64,000 bases of DNA from Antedon mediterranea (GCF_964355755.1 NC_092671.1:19344001-19408000); one strand, 5' to 3'; positions 40,101 through 52,308 are shown, counted from the first letter of the stretch. The notes: generated by a model not told the origin, from the letters alone. A program made the numbers and translations.

Positions 40101-43100
40101 TAAAAATAATGCATATATATTACTTTAAAAACATTAAACCAGGTCATTCCTTGTCTTAAATGTACGTTTTATGGTAAATTATGATAAAAAGTGAGAAACA
40201 ATGCACTACCTACCGTATATTTCGGTGTATAAGTCGCACCTGTGTATAAGACGCACCCCCAACTGAGAGTAAAATATCGGTATTTTTTATATCGTCGATG
40301 TATAAGACGCACCTTATATTTCATCAAAACAATGTTTTTTTAAATTTTAATCAATATTATTGTAATTATATATTTTGTTATATCTACAACGGCGTCCTTT
40401 ATTTAGGTTTTTTCTTACCTAGGCTCGGCCGCGCCCAGCCTCAACAAGTTCTTTCTAACTTGTTATTCATGAGTTTCGCCGCAACATCGAGTGCATGACC
40501 GTGTGTGTAACACGCACGTGTGTGGGCTAGCCTCGCTCGATCATTTCGAGAGGGCGCACGTTTTCACGGACAATCGTATTCGATTAGTATCTATGTATCC
40601 GAGAAGTGTGTACGCTAGGTCCATGCTATTATAATCACCTGGAGAATATACTAGTCGAATACCGTACACCATGTGCCACCAAAAGAAGGGCTTGCGCTTG
40701 GGGTACGGCGATCGTGCGTATAACTACTGTATAAATAAATACTATTCCAATCGTACGACGTAAACGTTTACAAATGAAATTTTATCGGAGCGCCATAATG
40801 AACAAATCTTTTCATCATATTTAGTATAACATCATGCTAAAATGACTTGAAAACTAGGCCTAGGCAGAAGCAGGTTGCCGTTACGTTAGTTAGTTACTGT
40901 AGCTAGGCCTAGCCTACTCAGGCCTAGCAAACGAGGTGACGATAGCCTAGGCCTATGTACAATTTGTGTGGTGAGGCATTTATGTTCGGTGTATAAGACG
41001 CACCCTTAATTTAGAGGTCAAATTTGCGTGTCAAAAGTGCGACTTATACACCGAAATATACGGTAGGTAGCTCGCGGCGACTGACCTCTCAAGGACGGTC
41101 TTTAGGGCTAGCCTAGCTAGGCTTAGTTTTGTAGGCGTAGCTGGTAAACATCGGTAACGTACGAACATTGTACGCTAGCTATATACCTAGCCTGACATTG
41201 TATAGTTGCTGCATTAATTGTGTTTTTCTATTTTTGCCAGACTCCGTTGATACGAATTGGGGAAAATCTGGTATTTTCGCTGAAAATTTAGGAGTCTTAT
41301 ATTTGTTTTGGCCTCACGATCAATCGAAAAGTGGGCGAAATACAGAAGAAAAACAGAAATATCAATCCGCGAGCAATGCATTTTGGGATTTATAGCGGGC
41401 CCATATAATTATTAGAATCGACTAATTTTTCACATTTTTAACCATTTAAAGACGAAAGTTATTGCAATAGGACCATATAGTATTATTTTTAGGTTAAATA
41501 TAGTTTGTGATCTTAAAATAGATCTAAAAAACGTAACGATGGTGTCTTTAAAGTTTAAACTGGTTGCTTTTATTTAAAACCATTGATAATGCATTTATTT
41601 TTCACTATCAAATATATTATTGTTCAGGATGTAAAACAAAAGATTGCACTATGTTTGTCATTTTCTTTATAGACTACAGCAGAGGCCAATTTACAGAGAA
41701 AAAGAGGGTTAGCGTAACGGACAGTTGAAGTCAGGACAAATGAAATCAAACGAATATTCTATGATGTTGGGCAGGATAAATACTTTGATACATTTCACTT
41801 GACAAAAAATGTAATCAACATTTATTGACATAAATTACTAAACTTTTCTGTAATATGACTTAAGCCGGAGATTGATTGAGAATTATTTAAAGTCGTATTC
41901 ATATTTGAATATCCTTTTTATAGCATTACCAGAAAATCACCAAGCAACCAAAACAAACCACCATGGTTTGTGCACAAAGGGTTTAAAGATAACTCAAACA
42001 ACCTTTGACATAATTATCATTGAATTAAGTAATAAACTGTACTGTCTGTTGTGGACTTGTAATGTAATGTAGAAGTAAACAATATCCCCACCCTTCCAAC
42101 CCTATCCCAATCTAAGAATATGTTAAAATATAAAATATGAGACAACACGGGTACAACACAGTATTTATAACATCAATGATTAATAAAAACATTAGAAGCT
42201 CTAAAGGATGACCAGATGAATCATACAACCTAATGCTGCTTCTTGGCAGACTACACATACGCTTAATTCTGAGATAGGCAGCACATTGTGGAAATAATAA
42301 CTACAACATTTTGATGTCACCGAAAGCATTTAAAAATGCTTTCGGTGACATCAAAATGTTGATTCCTCAATATCTTCCGTGCCTTCTATCTGGAATTATC
42401 TGGTTTCTTATGAAACAATTACGACTACAAGCCTAGATTATTATTTTGCGGACATAAAATAAAGGAACAGCAAGCAAATAAAAGCATACTTATTATTTGC
42501 CATTAGCAAACACAAATTGATAATCTGATTAGGACATATTGATGTCATTAACTAATCCTTAACCAATCTTGAAGGAGAAAGCCGAAAGCCAAATAGATTT
42601 TACCATAACAAGTACAACTGCATTTTGATACTGTACAGTAATCCAATGTTTATAAAACATGATTTGATCTAGTGAAAGGGAAATTATGTGCTCTCCCTTT
42701 GACATTTAAATTAACATGATACTGTACTCTAAGGGCCTGTTCGTAGGGGTTGAAAATACCAGCTTATTCCCGATTTCCGTTCGCGTGATCCAATTAACTT
42801 TTGCCTCAGGCTACAAAAAATTCGAGGTAAAATGTTCACCAAATTTGCAGGTTATTTCAGCGATAATCCAATTATACTCGGCCTTCGAGGATAATAAATC
42901 TCCGATAGAGGCAATGTGTCAAATTTTGACAAACGTTCGCTGCCTAGGCCCGTCATTTCTCCTACGAAGCTCTTCCATACACGCTTCGAGAGCGATCGTC
43001 AGCTGGTGGTGCTGTCCTTGTTGGTGTAGACCGCTTAGTAGGCCTAGCTGGTTGGGGAGCCGCTGGTCGGTGGTGTTTCCATCGTGTAACATTGGGCTCA

Positions 43101-46100
43101 AATTCTTCGTCAATGAGTAAAATAATGGTCGTCAGGAGAAGGCATATTTCGGCAGGATTATCGGCGTTAAGAGGCATAAGGTTTGTCGCAAGGATAAGCA
43201 GTGTAAAAGGTAGCAAGTAATTGTTATTGTAAAGAAAGATCGCGAGTAAAAAATATACAACACGAAACTAGCGTGCGAAAATGGGGTCGTAGGTTGTAAA
43301 GACAACTGACCTTAAAACGTAATTTCCGGTTTGTGATTCGTCGATTAAGCATTTAAGCGGTTAAATATTTCAAGTACGAACAACGCTCAATTTATAACCC
43401 GAGGCATGGGTGAAATTAAGCGCTTATTTTAACCACCGTACGAACACGACCTAATAGTTAATACAGTGGTGGATCCATCATTTTGAAATGGGTGGGGAGC
43501 AGAAGAGGAATCTGACCTGATTGTTATTAATTAATAATAATTAATTAATTAATTTTGGCATTTACCGGTTTTTAAAATTTAATTTATAACTAAGACATAG
43601 TCTATTTGAAAACCTTTTTAACATGGTTTTAATGATTCTAGAAATTATTTTCACCATTTGAATATTTAAGCTGCAATGCCAATGACAAAGCACAGGAGCT
43701 GACACCATGAATATTAAAATAGTTACCGTAAGAATATTTCCAAATATTATGATTTGTTTGTTGGTAATGTCCTGTGATTTAAAATAATAATAATAATAAT
43801 AATAATAGTAGTCTTATATACTGTAGCGTCTAGTCTTATATACTGTAGAGTCTAGTCTTATATACTGTAGCGTCTAGTCTTATATACTGTAGCGTCTAGT
43901 CTTATATACTGTAGAGTCTAGTCTTATATACTGTAGAGTCTAGTCTTATATACTGTAGAGTCTAGTCTTATATACTGTAGCGTCTAGTCTTATATACTGT
44001 AGAGTCTAGTCTTATATACTGTAGCGTCTAGTCTTATATACTGTAGAGTCTAGTCTTATATACTGTAGAGTCTAGTCTTATATACTGTAGCGTCTAGTCT
44101 TATATACTGTAGCGTCTAGTCTTATATACTGTAGAGTCTAGTCTTATATACTGTAGAGTCTAGTCTTATATACTGTAGAGTCTAGTCTTATATACTGTAG
44201 CGTCTAGTCTTATATACTGTAGAGTCTAGTCTTATATACTGTAGAGTCTAGTCTTATATACTGTAGAGTCTAGTCTTATACTGTAGAGTCTAGTCTTATA
44301 TACTGTAGCGTCTAGTCTTATATACTGTAGAGTCTAGTCTTATATACTGTAGCGTCTAGTCTTATATACTGTAGAGTCTAGTCTTATATACTGTAGAGTC
44401 TAGTCTTATATACTGTAGCGTCTAGTCTTATATACTGTAGAGTCTAGTCTTATATACTGTAGAGTCTAGTCTTATATACTGTAGAGTCTAGTCTTATATA
44501 CTGTAGAGTCTAGTCTTATATACTGTAGCGTCTAGTCTTATATACTGTAGAGTCTAGTCTTATATACTGTAGCGTCTAGTCTTATATACTGTAGAGTCTA
44601 GTCTTATATACTGTAGCGTCTAGTCTTATATACTGTAGAGTCTAGTCTTATATACTGTAGCGTCTAGTCTTATATACTGTAGAGTCTAGTCTTATATACT
44701 GTAGCGTCTAGTCTTATATACTGTAGAGTCTAGTCTTATATACTGTAGCGTCTAGTCTTATATACTGTAGAGTCTAGTCTTATATACTGTAGCGTCTAGT
44801 CTTATATACTGTAGAGTCTAGTCTTATATACTGTAGCGTCTAGTCTTATATACTGTAGAGTCTAGTCTTATATACTGTAGCGTCTAGTCTTATATACTGT
44901 AGAGTCTAGTCTTATATACTGTAGCGTCTAGTCTTATATACTGTAGAGTCTAGTCTTATATACTGTAGCGTCTAGTCTTATATACTGTAGAGTCTAGTCT
45001 TATATACTGTAGAGTCTAGTCTTATATACTGTAGCGTCTAGTCTTATATACTGTAGTCTAGTCTTATATACTGTAGAGTCTAGTCTTATATACTGTAGAG
45101 TCTAGTCTTATATACTGTAGAGTCTAGTCTTATATACTGTAGAGTCTAGTCTTATATACTGTAGCGTCTAGTCTTATATACTGTAGTCTAGTCTTATATA
45201 CTGTAGAGTCTAGTCTTATATACTGTAGAGTCTAGTCTTATATACTGTAGAGTCTAGTCTTATATACTGTAGAGTCTAGTCTTATATACTGTAGCGTCTA
45301 GTCTTATATACTGTAGAGTCTAGTCTTATATACTGTAGAGTCTAGTCTTATATACTGTAGCGTCTAGTCTTATATACTGTAGAGTCTAGTCTTATATACT
45401 GTAGCATCTAATCTTATATACTGTAGAGTCTAGTCTTATATACTGTAGCGTCTAGTCTTATATACTGTAGAGTCTAGTCTTATATACTGTAGCGTCTAGT
45501 CTTATATACTGTAGAGTCTAATACAATGTTTCTAAGCGCTTTACACACAAAAATGATCCACTAAATAAAAAAGATAACCAAAAAAATAAAGAAGAAGCAG
45601 TGAAATATTTGTTGTACTATAGTTTCATTAAAAAAAGGAAAATTGTGTTTTTTAAAGTAATTTTTGTAACAAAGCATACAAATTGTAGAAGGTAGTCGCA
45701 AATCGAAAGCTCTCAAACAATTTGGGATATTTTGGAGCTTAATGCAATTAACTTAACTTAATCCATAATGTATTATAATTATATGGTGGTTGTGAATGCG
45801 AGTAAAATTAGGCCTTCATTATAATTATAATAGTCACAAAATCTGAAAAAAAAACTTACTTGGTACAGCAAATCCAGGAGTATTGTGCTTTCCATACTTT
45901 AATTTCTTAAAGCGTTCAAATGAGGCACATACGTACGTTCCTCCGTCCTTTAAGTCCTCAATGTCTGTGATGGCCATACCGTCCTGCGTATAAACTTTAC
46001 GAACACCGTAAGGTAATGAAACAGATTTTGTGAGATCCACTAGTAGTTCATCAAACGACAAGTACCTGTGCGGTGTTATGTATAATTGTTTCCCTTTAAA

Positions 46101-46310
46101 ATACCGATCACCATTACGATAAAAGAAAATTTTCCGAGGGCGTCGGAGTTCTTGATATTTGTTATCTACAATGTCTCTATGCTGTTGTGAAACATCAGAG
46201 TCTATAGTTCGATTGGGAAGCGCCATCTCAGTGACCTCAAGCTGCTTACGAGGTCTTATGGTTTTTGAGTTGAATGGGTAGGAGACGGTGTAATTTTCTT
46301 GCTCTATCAT
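28144..46310 (-). CDS. DCLK3: Doublecortin-like Ser/Thr kinase (DCLK3-like): DCX1 - DCX2 - charged helix - CaMK-type kinase; coding exons 46310-45860, 35197-33288, 29239-29107, 28862-28695, 28340-28144
   Basis: DCX1 [23 protein letters not shown]; DCX2 [24 protein letters not shown]; kinase [51 protein letters not shown]. All introns are GT-AG with compatible phases (1,0,1,1). The paralog assignment (DCLK3) is inferred. Confidence 0.88.
29886..29913. mobile_element. 28-bp TIR-only palindrome sharing the CATGGAGG terminus of the 25663-26542 MITE
   Basis: CATGGAGGAAATATATATTTCCTTCATG, flanked by GTTTAGC and ATTCAGC. Each flank is one change from GTTCAGC, which occurs in the adjacent repeat units. 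Confidence 0.6.
29914..30112. repeat. Diverged ~40-bp tandem repeat, ~5 copies
   Basis: Recurring AAAGGTTAACTGG(C/T)TCAGC.AA core. Confidence 0.65.
30510..31558. mobile_element. PIF/Harbinger-like MITE
   Basis: TIR TACCCTTTTTACACTA / TAGTGTAAAAGGGGTA with TCA/TTA flanks and internal CCATTTACAC repeats. A decayed second copy lies at ~46550-47112. Confidence 0.7.
31560..32306 (+). mobile_element. L1/Tx1-clade LINE 3' fragment (zf-RVT) with poly(A)
   Basis: ORF 31655-32194 reads [47 protein letters not shown] and a poly(A) tract follow at ~32290-32306. Confidence 0.88.
32500..32862 (+). mobile_element. Second short L1/Tx1-like 3' end with poly(A)
   Basis: Remnant [19 protein letters not shown] resembles Tx1 ORF2 termini. 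It ends in an A-run at ~32848-32862. Confidence 0.45.
36184..36283 (-). CDS. Putative alternative first coding exon of the DCLK3-like gene
   Basis: AAAA-ATG context, open frame [33 protein letters not shown], then a phase-1 GTAAGT donor that splices in frame onto the acceptor at 35197. Confidence 0.6.
40070..41547. mobile_element. TTAA-target (Kolobok-like) MITE carrying a nested Tc2/pogo-like MITE
   Basis: TTAA|AGACACC ... GGTGTCT|TTAA termini. Confidence 0.65.
40213..41063. mobile_element. Tc1/mariner superfamily (Tc2/pogo-like) MITE
   Basis: Perfect TIR CCGTATATTTCGGTGTATAAGTCGCAC with TA TSD and internal TGTATAAGACGCACC repeats. The target site is the palindrome CTACC-TA-GGTAG. Confidence 0.9.
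42304..42361. repeat. Perfect 28-bp-arm palindrome
   Basis: CAACATTTTGATGTCACCGAAAGCATTT-aa-AAATGCTTTCGGTGACATCAAAATGTTG. Confidence 0.9.
42733..43451 (-). mobile_element. PIF/Harbinger-like internally deleted element
   Basis: TAA TSD on both sides. Imperfect TIRs GGGCCTGTTCGTAGGGGTTGAAAATA vs GGTCGTGTTCGTACGGTGGTTAAAATA. The GC-rich interior has broken ORFs. A ~65-bp inverted copy of the right end lies at ~24000-24064. Confidence 0.7.
43784..45550. repeat. 22-bp minisatellite (~78 copies, ~43807-45520) expanded from a SINE/LINE 3' tail
   Basis: Unit GTCTAGTCTTATATACTGTAG(A/C). Left flank is (AAT)n and right flank is ATACAATGTTTCTAAGCGCTTTAC, the reverse complement of a typical L2-type tail. 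Confidence 0.95.
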
Positions 46311-47574
46311 TACGTACGCATGCTGGTCTATTCATTGGTTTAATATCTCTGATCAAGAAGTCCTTGAACCTGTAGTATAAATGTGGAAATTTGAGTGAAA
46401 ATATAGAATTTGCAATACAGATGTATATTGCTAATTTGACATATATCATATTCCTATTCTATTCTACCAGAGACGATGATTATTATATTATTTTGTTAGA
46501 TTGATTATTTACAGTAGGGGTTAAGTTTAATTATCATCTAATATCTATTTACTCTATCGACTGTTAAACTTGGATGCAATTTCCATATACACTAGCCAAA
46601 AAACTGAAAGATGAACTCTAGTTGGGACCATTAATACTACAGTACTGCGAGTGCCCATGTGGAACTTTACTGACTATGGTTTAAGCACTGGAACATATCT
46701 TATCAAAACATAATATAATCAAATTACACACAATTTATTTAATTTTGAATGCTATTAGACCTACTGTAAATATTATTTAATTTATTTTTTATTAATTTTA
46801 TTTTATTAATTTCGGCAAACTACTACTACATTACTACAAACAAAAAATTGCTAAATTGCGGCAAATATTGTTTTTAATTAAAATTCTTTTTCTTTTAAAT
46901 TAAAATGACTGCATTTCTGCCTTGTACATACATTTAATATCATATGCATTTAGAAATGGCTAGGTTGGCATAACTTTTTCATAGTTGTTTAGATTTTTTA
47001 TTTTTTAAATAGAATCGGCCAGAGTAGAGGTACACCAATATTAACTTTTAGGCTTTCTGGTAAGGTAGAAGAAAAGAAAAATATCAAAATCACATTAGTG
47101 TAAAAGGAGTATTATTACTGATCTTGTAATTGGCCAAATATGATGAGGAAAATGAATGTTAACCAATACTGCACCAAAGATTTGAGGGGTGCTGACAACT
47201 TAGAACCTGTAATTTTCCTGCCTGGCATAAAAGAAGTACATGAATGAATAACAAATCGTAAGACACGTTTTTCAATTACTTGCTTTACTTGATGAAGAAT
47301 AACATTAATTAGTAGTAAAAATATAGTATATATATGATTTTACAATTGACAATTTGGCCAAATCAAACATACTAAACTACTATAAATCCTACTATACTTC
47401 ATATCTGGTAGGCTCACCGATAGAACTCTCTAGTCACGACAAGACGCTGCTGAGTAGGAAAATACTGTAGGCCTACCGATCCGATATGGCCTACCTAGTA
47501 GAGTTCTTTGTCACTTTTAGTGGTAGAAACCAATGTGTCTCACTAAAATACACGAATTTTAAAAGTTACTGTAC

Positions 47575-47765
47575 CTTATCCCATCAAATAACCTACCTTC
47601 AATTTACATTGCAAACTGCATTCCATTTTATGTTATGAAAAAACGTCAGACTGTAAGCACACCACGGATACCAACACAACACAAGTGAGAACCTACTCAA
47701 TCAATTACTATAATGACGTCACGATTTAGATGTCGCGATTTGTTGGTGTGTTGCTATGCAACAAA
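47575..47765 (-). promoter_or_regulatory. Putative DCLK3-like promoter and non-coding first exon (CRE plus RFX X-box-like motif)
   Basis: TGACGTCA at 47714-47721 and GTTGCTATGCAAC at 47750-47762, with a candidate donor AAG|GTACAG near 47574. The ATG-bearing exon has an acceptor at 46370, so an upstream exon is required. Confidence 0.35.
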
Positions 47766-48045
47766 ACTGGCATAAATACATTTTTATCAGCAGTACAGTG
47801 TACTTTATTTACATTCTGTACTGGTAGGCCTACTGATATTATTTTTTTTTTATTGGAAGAAAATAGTACAATTACATTACTACCATTTTATGTCATTACA
47901 CGACAATGTTGACGTTTTAATATCTGACACCTAAGCCATTGTTTGACATCACAACACATTTTCACGCTGCTGCTCTAGCCCGCTACGTCCCATTAGGACT
48001 ACTCAATCAGAAGCTAAAGCAAGCAGCAGTTATAGTTCTAAGGAC

Positions 48046-48852
48046 TATGGAACGCCGTTTACGCAACATTTCGATGATATGAATTTTATGACGCGATATG
48101 TGAATGAAATGCATCGATATGAATTAAATGGTGCGATATATGAATGAAATGTTTTGAATTGAATGCTTTGAATTGAATATTTTGAATGAAATGTTTTGAA
48201 TGAAATGTTTTGAATGAAATGTTTTGAATGAAATGTTTTGAATGAAATGTTTTGAATGAAATGTTTTGAATGAAATGTTTGAATTGAATTGAAAAGTCAA
48301 ACTATTGGTGGCGTATGTCATTCTCGCTCGCGATTATTTTCTCAACCTCTTAGGCCTAAGCCTGGGTACCCTCATCTCCTTTCTTCCACGCTGCCTTTAC
48401 AGAGAATCCTAACATACCTGGGTTCGGAAATATGTATTCCAATGTTTCAGGTCTGTTAGGGAGTCTCTCTGTAAAGGATTCATATTGATGACAGCGTTGA
48501 AAGGAGATGAGGGTACCCATGCTTAGGCCTATTAAGAGGTTGACAAAAAATCGCGAGCGGGAATGACATACGCCGCCAATAGTTTGACTTTTCAATTCAA
48601 TTCAAACATTTCATTCAAAACATTTAATTCAAAACATTTCATTCAAAACATTTCATTCAAAACATTTTATTCAAAACATTCAATTCAAAACATTTCATTC
48701 AAAACATTTCATTCAAAACATTCAATTCAAAGCATTCAATTCAAAACATTTCATTCATATATCACGCCATTCAATTCATATCGATGCATTTCATTCACAT
48801 ATCGCGTCATAAAATTCATATCATCGAAATGTTGCGTAAACGGCGTTCCATA
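48046..48852. mobile_element. Foldback (TU/FB-like) element: an ~800-bp near-complete palindrome with 14-bp tandem repeats in the arms
   Basis: TATGGAACGCCGTTTACGCAAC ... GTTGCGTAAACGGCGTTCCATA. Arms contain (GAATGAAATGTTTT)n and (AAAACATTTCATTC)n, and pairing continues almost to the centre. Confidence 0.88.
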
Positions 48853-51165
48853 ATATAGGACAGACAGTTTTGTGAAAATGGAAACTCCACTATGATTTAT
48901 TGATTCCAGCTGCTACAGTAGACCCAAAAAAACGTCTGGGAAAGAGTCTATTAGGACATGTCATGCTAAAATTACAAATCCCTAAGCATTTCTGGTATAT
49001 TCACTGTCAGATATTCATTGAATTATTATCGAAACAGTCCATTAAAGTTTGTGTTAGTAATAGGATACTTCACAATAGAAATATCTAGGGTGATGAAGTG
49101 ACCCCCAGATTTGACCTTAGCAATAATAAGTGACAGAAATCGAGTATTCACTTCTGTAACAAAAAAATAATATTTATTCACGTATAAAAAAAGAAAAGAA
49201 ACCCAAAAACCATTGTCTGACAGACAATTAAAGTATTTGTTGCTTTAAATTACATTTTTTTCAGGTAAAATAACTATTATGTGACAATAAAATGACACAT
49301 TCAAAAACATTTGAAATAAAAAATATTTTTCAATAAGCGAGCAGCGTTTTTTGTAAGAAATATTTCTTGTTTATTATTGCAACGCAATCTTCATTCATGA
49401 TTCGTTTTACCAGAGATTGTCGTCAATTGTCAGTTTTTCAAAATGTTTGTTTTGGTAACTAGGATTTTTTATGAATAAAATAAAAATTAGGAGTATAGAC
49501 GACGGATGACCTACAATGGAAGAACGTATCTTTGATGAGCAATTCAGTATCTTAGTTTTTCACACAAACAAAAGATGTGGTAATTTGACTTGAAAACTTT
49601 GATTGTAAAATTTGGTTTTTTTTTTAAACCTTTTAAAGACATTTTCATTTATATTATTTTGTATTTATCTCTATGGGACATACTCAATTAATTTTTTTAT
49701 TTTTGACCTATAACCTGATGATTAGTCAAAGATATGCCTACAGTTACTCTTGTGAATCTATAACGGCAGCATTATGCAGATCCAGAACTTCAAACACATA
49801 TAATATTAATAATCTGTAAAATATAGATATTAACAATTCGTTTTATGTTAGCAGTCAAGAGGAGTGTGCACCACAAGCGCACCCCTGGATCCGCCCTGAT
49901 TACAACTTAAATCAGATATCGATGAGTTTAATTAGAAAAATAACTATACCATTGTTGATTTCATTTATGTTACTGGAGAGCATGGTGAGAGTTAGATAAT
50001 AAATGTAATTTAAGCACCATTTCAATTGGTATTTCACATTTAAATTTGGATCAATATACTCAGATCAATACATTTACAGTATATATTTCTGTTTTTTAAT
50101 TTATTATTTAACATTGTATAGGAACTTAATTTCATTATCATCATTTCATCTTTTATAACAATTTTGATAGATTATATTATTATGTATATGATTCAATAAA
50201 ATAATTTTCGCTTAGGCCCTATATACAAATATGTGGTTTACTTTCTTCCATTAAGGAAATATTTGTTATAAAAGTAACAAAATGACATGTTGGAATGAAA
50301 ACCCAAACTGAATGGTAAAATTATGGCAAAATAATGATCGCATAAAAAGAATATTTTTGTAGCACTAATCAATAAAGTTAATACAAGTGAATGTTATATT
50401 GAATATGTTGAAGCAATAATGGTGAAATTATTTATTTATTACATCATATACTTATTTAAACAAGTATAAATCGTAGAACAGTAATGATTATTGATCGGTC
50501 AATTGTTATGTACTCAGTATAGGCCTACAGTTTTACATCATTTTGTATAAAAAATTACTGTATATTCAATTCTCCTGAAAAAAGTTATTTTTTAAACAAA
50601 TTTGTATTACACTCAAGTGTCAGGGAAGAAGAAAGCTGGAAGAATTTTATTTGGATCTGCCACTGTACAAGAAATTGCGACAAATTATCCATCTCTTAAC
50701 ACTGTAGAAGTTTGGAGAGGGCCGTGGCTTCTAGAATCGGTAAGCTGTTGGAAAATAACAAAATACGAAATATAATATGTGACTTGTTGCTTTATTTATC
50801 TTCCTTTTTCTTATCTTTCTTTTAGGTACATGCAAGTAGACATAAAAAAACATAATGTAGACATGAATATATTTTTTTTACATTAATAATAATTAATTAA
50901 GTTACTCTTGTTCATATGCAAATTAACCATATTTATAGTACAAACATGATTTGTGTTAAAAATAATATAGTTTAATAATAGTTTATCTAAAGGACTAGAC
51001 AATTGAAATGCTTGCATAATTCAGCCTACAAAGAGGACTAATTTAATCCAACATAAAATAATTGCACCTTTGAAATTTATTGTCAGTGAAAATGATCACT
51101 TGTAAATCATGTACTATGATTGCGAAACAGTTTTAGGCAAAATAAGAATAAATATATATTATTAT

Positions 51166-51330
51166 ATAAATAAATAAAATAACAGCAGAAAACTTGGTTA
51201 CTTCATTGTTTTAATCACAAATTTGTTTCGTACTGAATTATGCAAGCTACATGCTGGTCGTACGAAACAAATTTGTAGTGATTAAAACAATGAAGTAACC
51301 AAGTTTTCTGCTGTTATTTTATTTATTTAT
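51166..51330. repeat. Long inverted repeat (~68-bp arms, ~26-nt loop) downstream of the CSDE1 stop
   Basis: ATAAATAAATAAAATAACAGCAGAAAACTTGGTTACTTCATTGTTTTAATCACAAATTTGTTTCGTAC ... its reverse complement with a 3-nt indel. Confidence 0.9.
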
Positions 51331-52308
51331 TTATGCTCTACCTTGGTATTGAGCACTCTATCCTAACGGTCTGATAATTTCAACCTCAATATATTATTAC
51401 ATATATATATATTAGTGTTCCGTTTGACATAATTATGTTGTCCTTATTTTAGTAACATTAAATGAAACAAGTTATAAAAAATAATATAAAACATATTATG
51501 ATAGTATGCTACAGTACCTGAGTTGATCTGTTTTATATACTATTGTACTAAAGACTTGGCTTTTACTAATTAATAGATGTCAAGGAATCTCATTTCAGAG
51601 TTTAACAATAAATTCTTTAGCTAAAGTCTACCTTTGTTTGTAACACATGGCATCCAAAATCAAGCATAAATTAGAAAGATTGGGTTATAACCAAACATGG
51701 GATTATAGTGGGTTCAATCCAGTAATAAGGATAGCAGTAACATTAAAACAAAACAATATTGATACTGAAATATAAACAGTTTAGTAAGATTGTTACAATA
51801 TTTAGATACAAAATTCAAACATAAACATTTTTTAAAACTACTATTGAATATTAAGTGCCCAAATGTTTGTGCTATATGGATAATTAGAAATATTATATAT
51901 GTTTTGTTAGGAAAAAACATGAATTTGAATATATATCTGGAATTAAGCAAGTTTAAAATGTGAGGAAACCATGTGTTGTGATAATGTTTAGACTACAGGG
52001 ATAAAATACTTTGAAAGAAGCTATAATGTGAAGTGGAGACTTAAGAAAACTTAAATACTTACTAATTGTTTATATTTTAAAATAATTTTTTTTTGGACAA
52101 GTGAACATTTTTAAAAATATTGGAAGTTTGCATTAAAATTCATCATTGTCCCTTCTATAGTACCTAGCACCCTTTACACTTAACAAATAATTTTTATTGC
52201 TGTTTTTATATACTTCAAAAGGAATATCTTCTAATTCATGCGTTACATTATCATCATTTTTTGTTGTTGTTCTTAACTATCTGGATAACAAGCAGTGGTC
52301 GCAGTTAA

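Noticed and set aside
48124-48853. Two similar ORFs MTYA.NSLTFQFNSNISFKTF on opposite strands
   Set aside because: They are translations of the two arms of the foldback element's 14-bp repeats.
51230-51282. Hammerhead ribozyme in the loop of the long hairpin (CTGA..CGAAAC)
   Set aside because: The core reads CTGAATTA rather than CTGANGA and stem II is not convincing.
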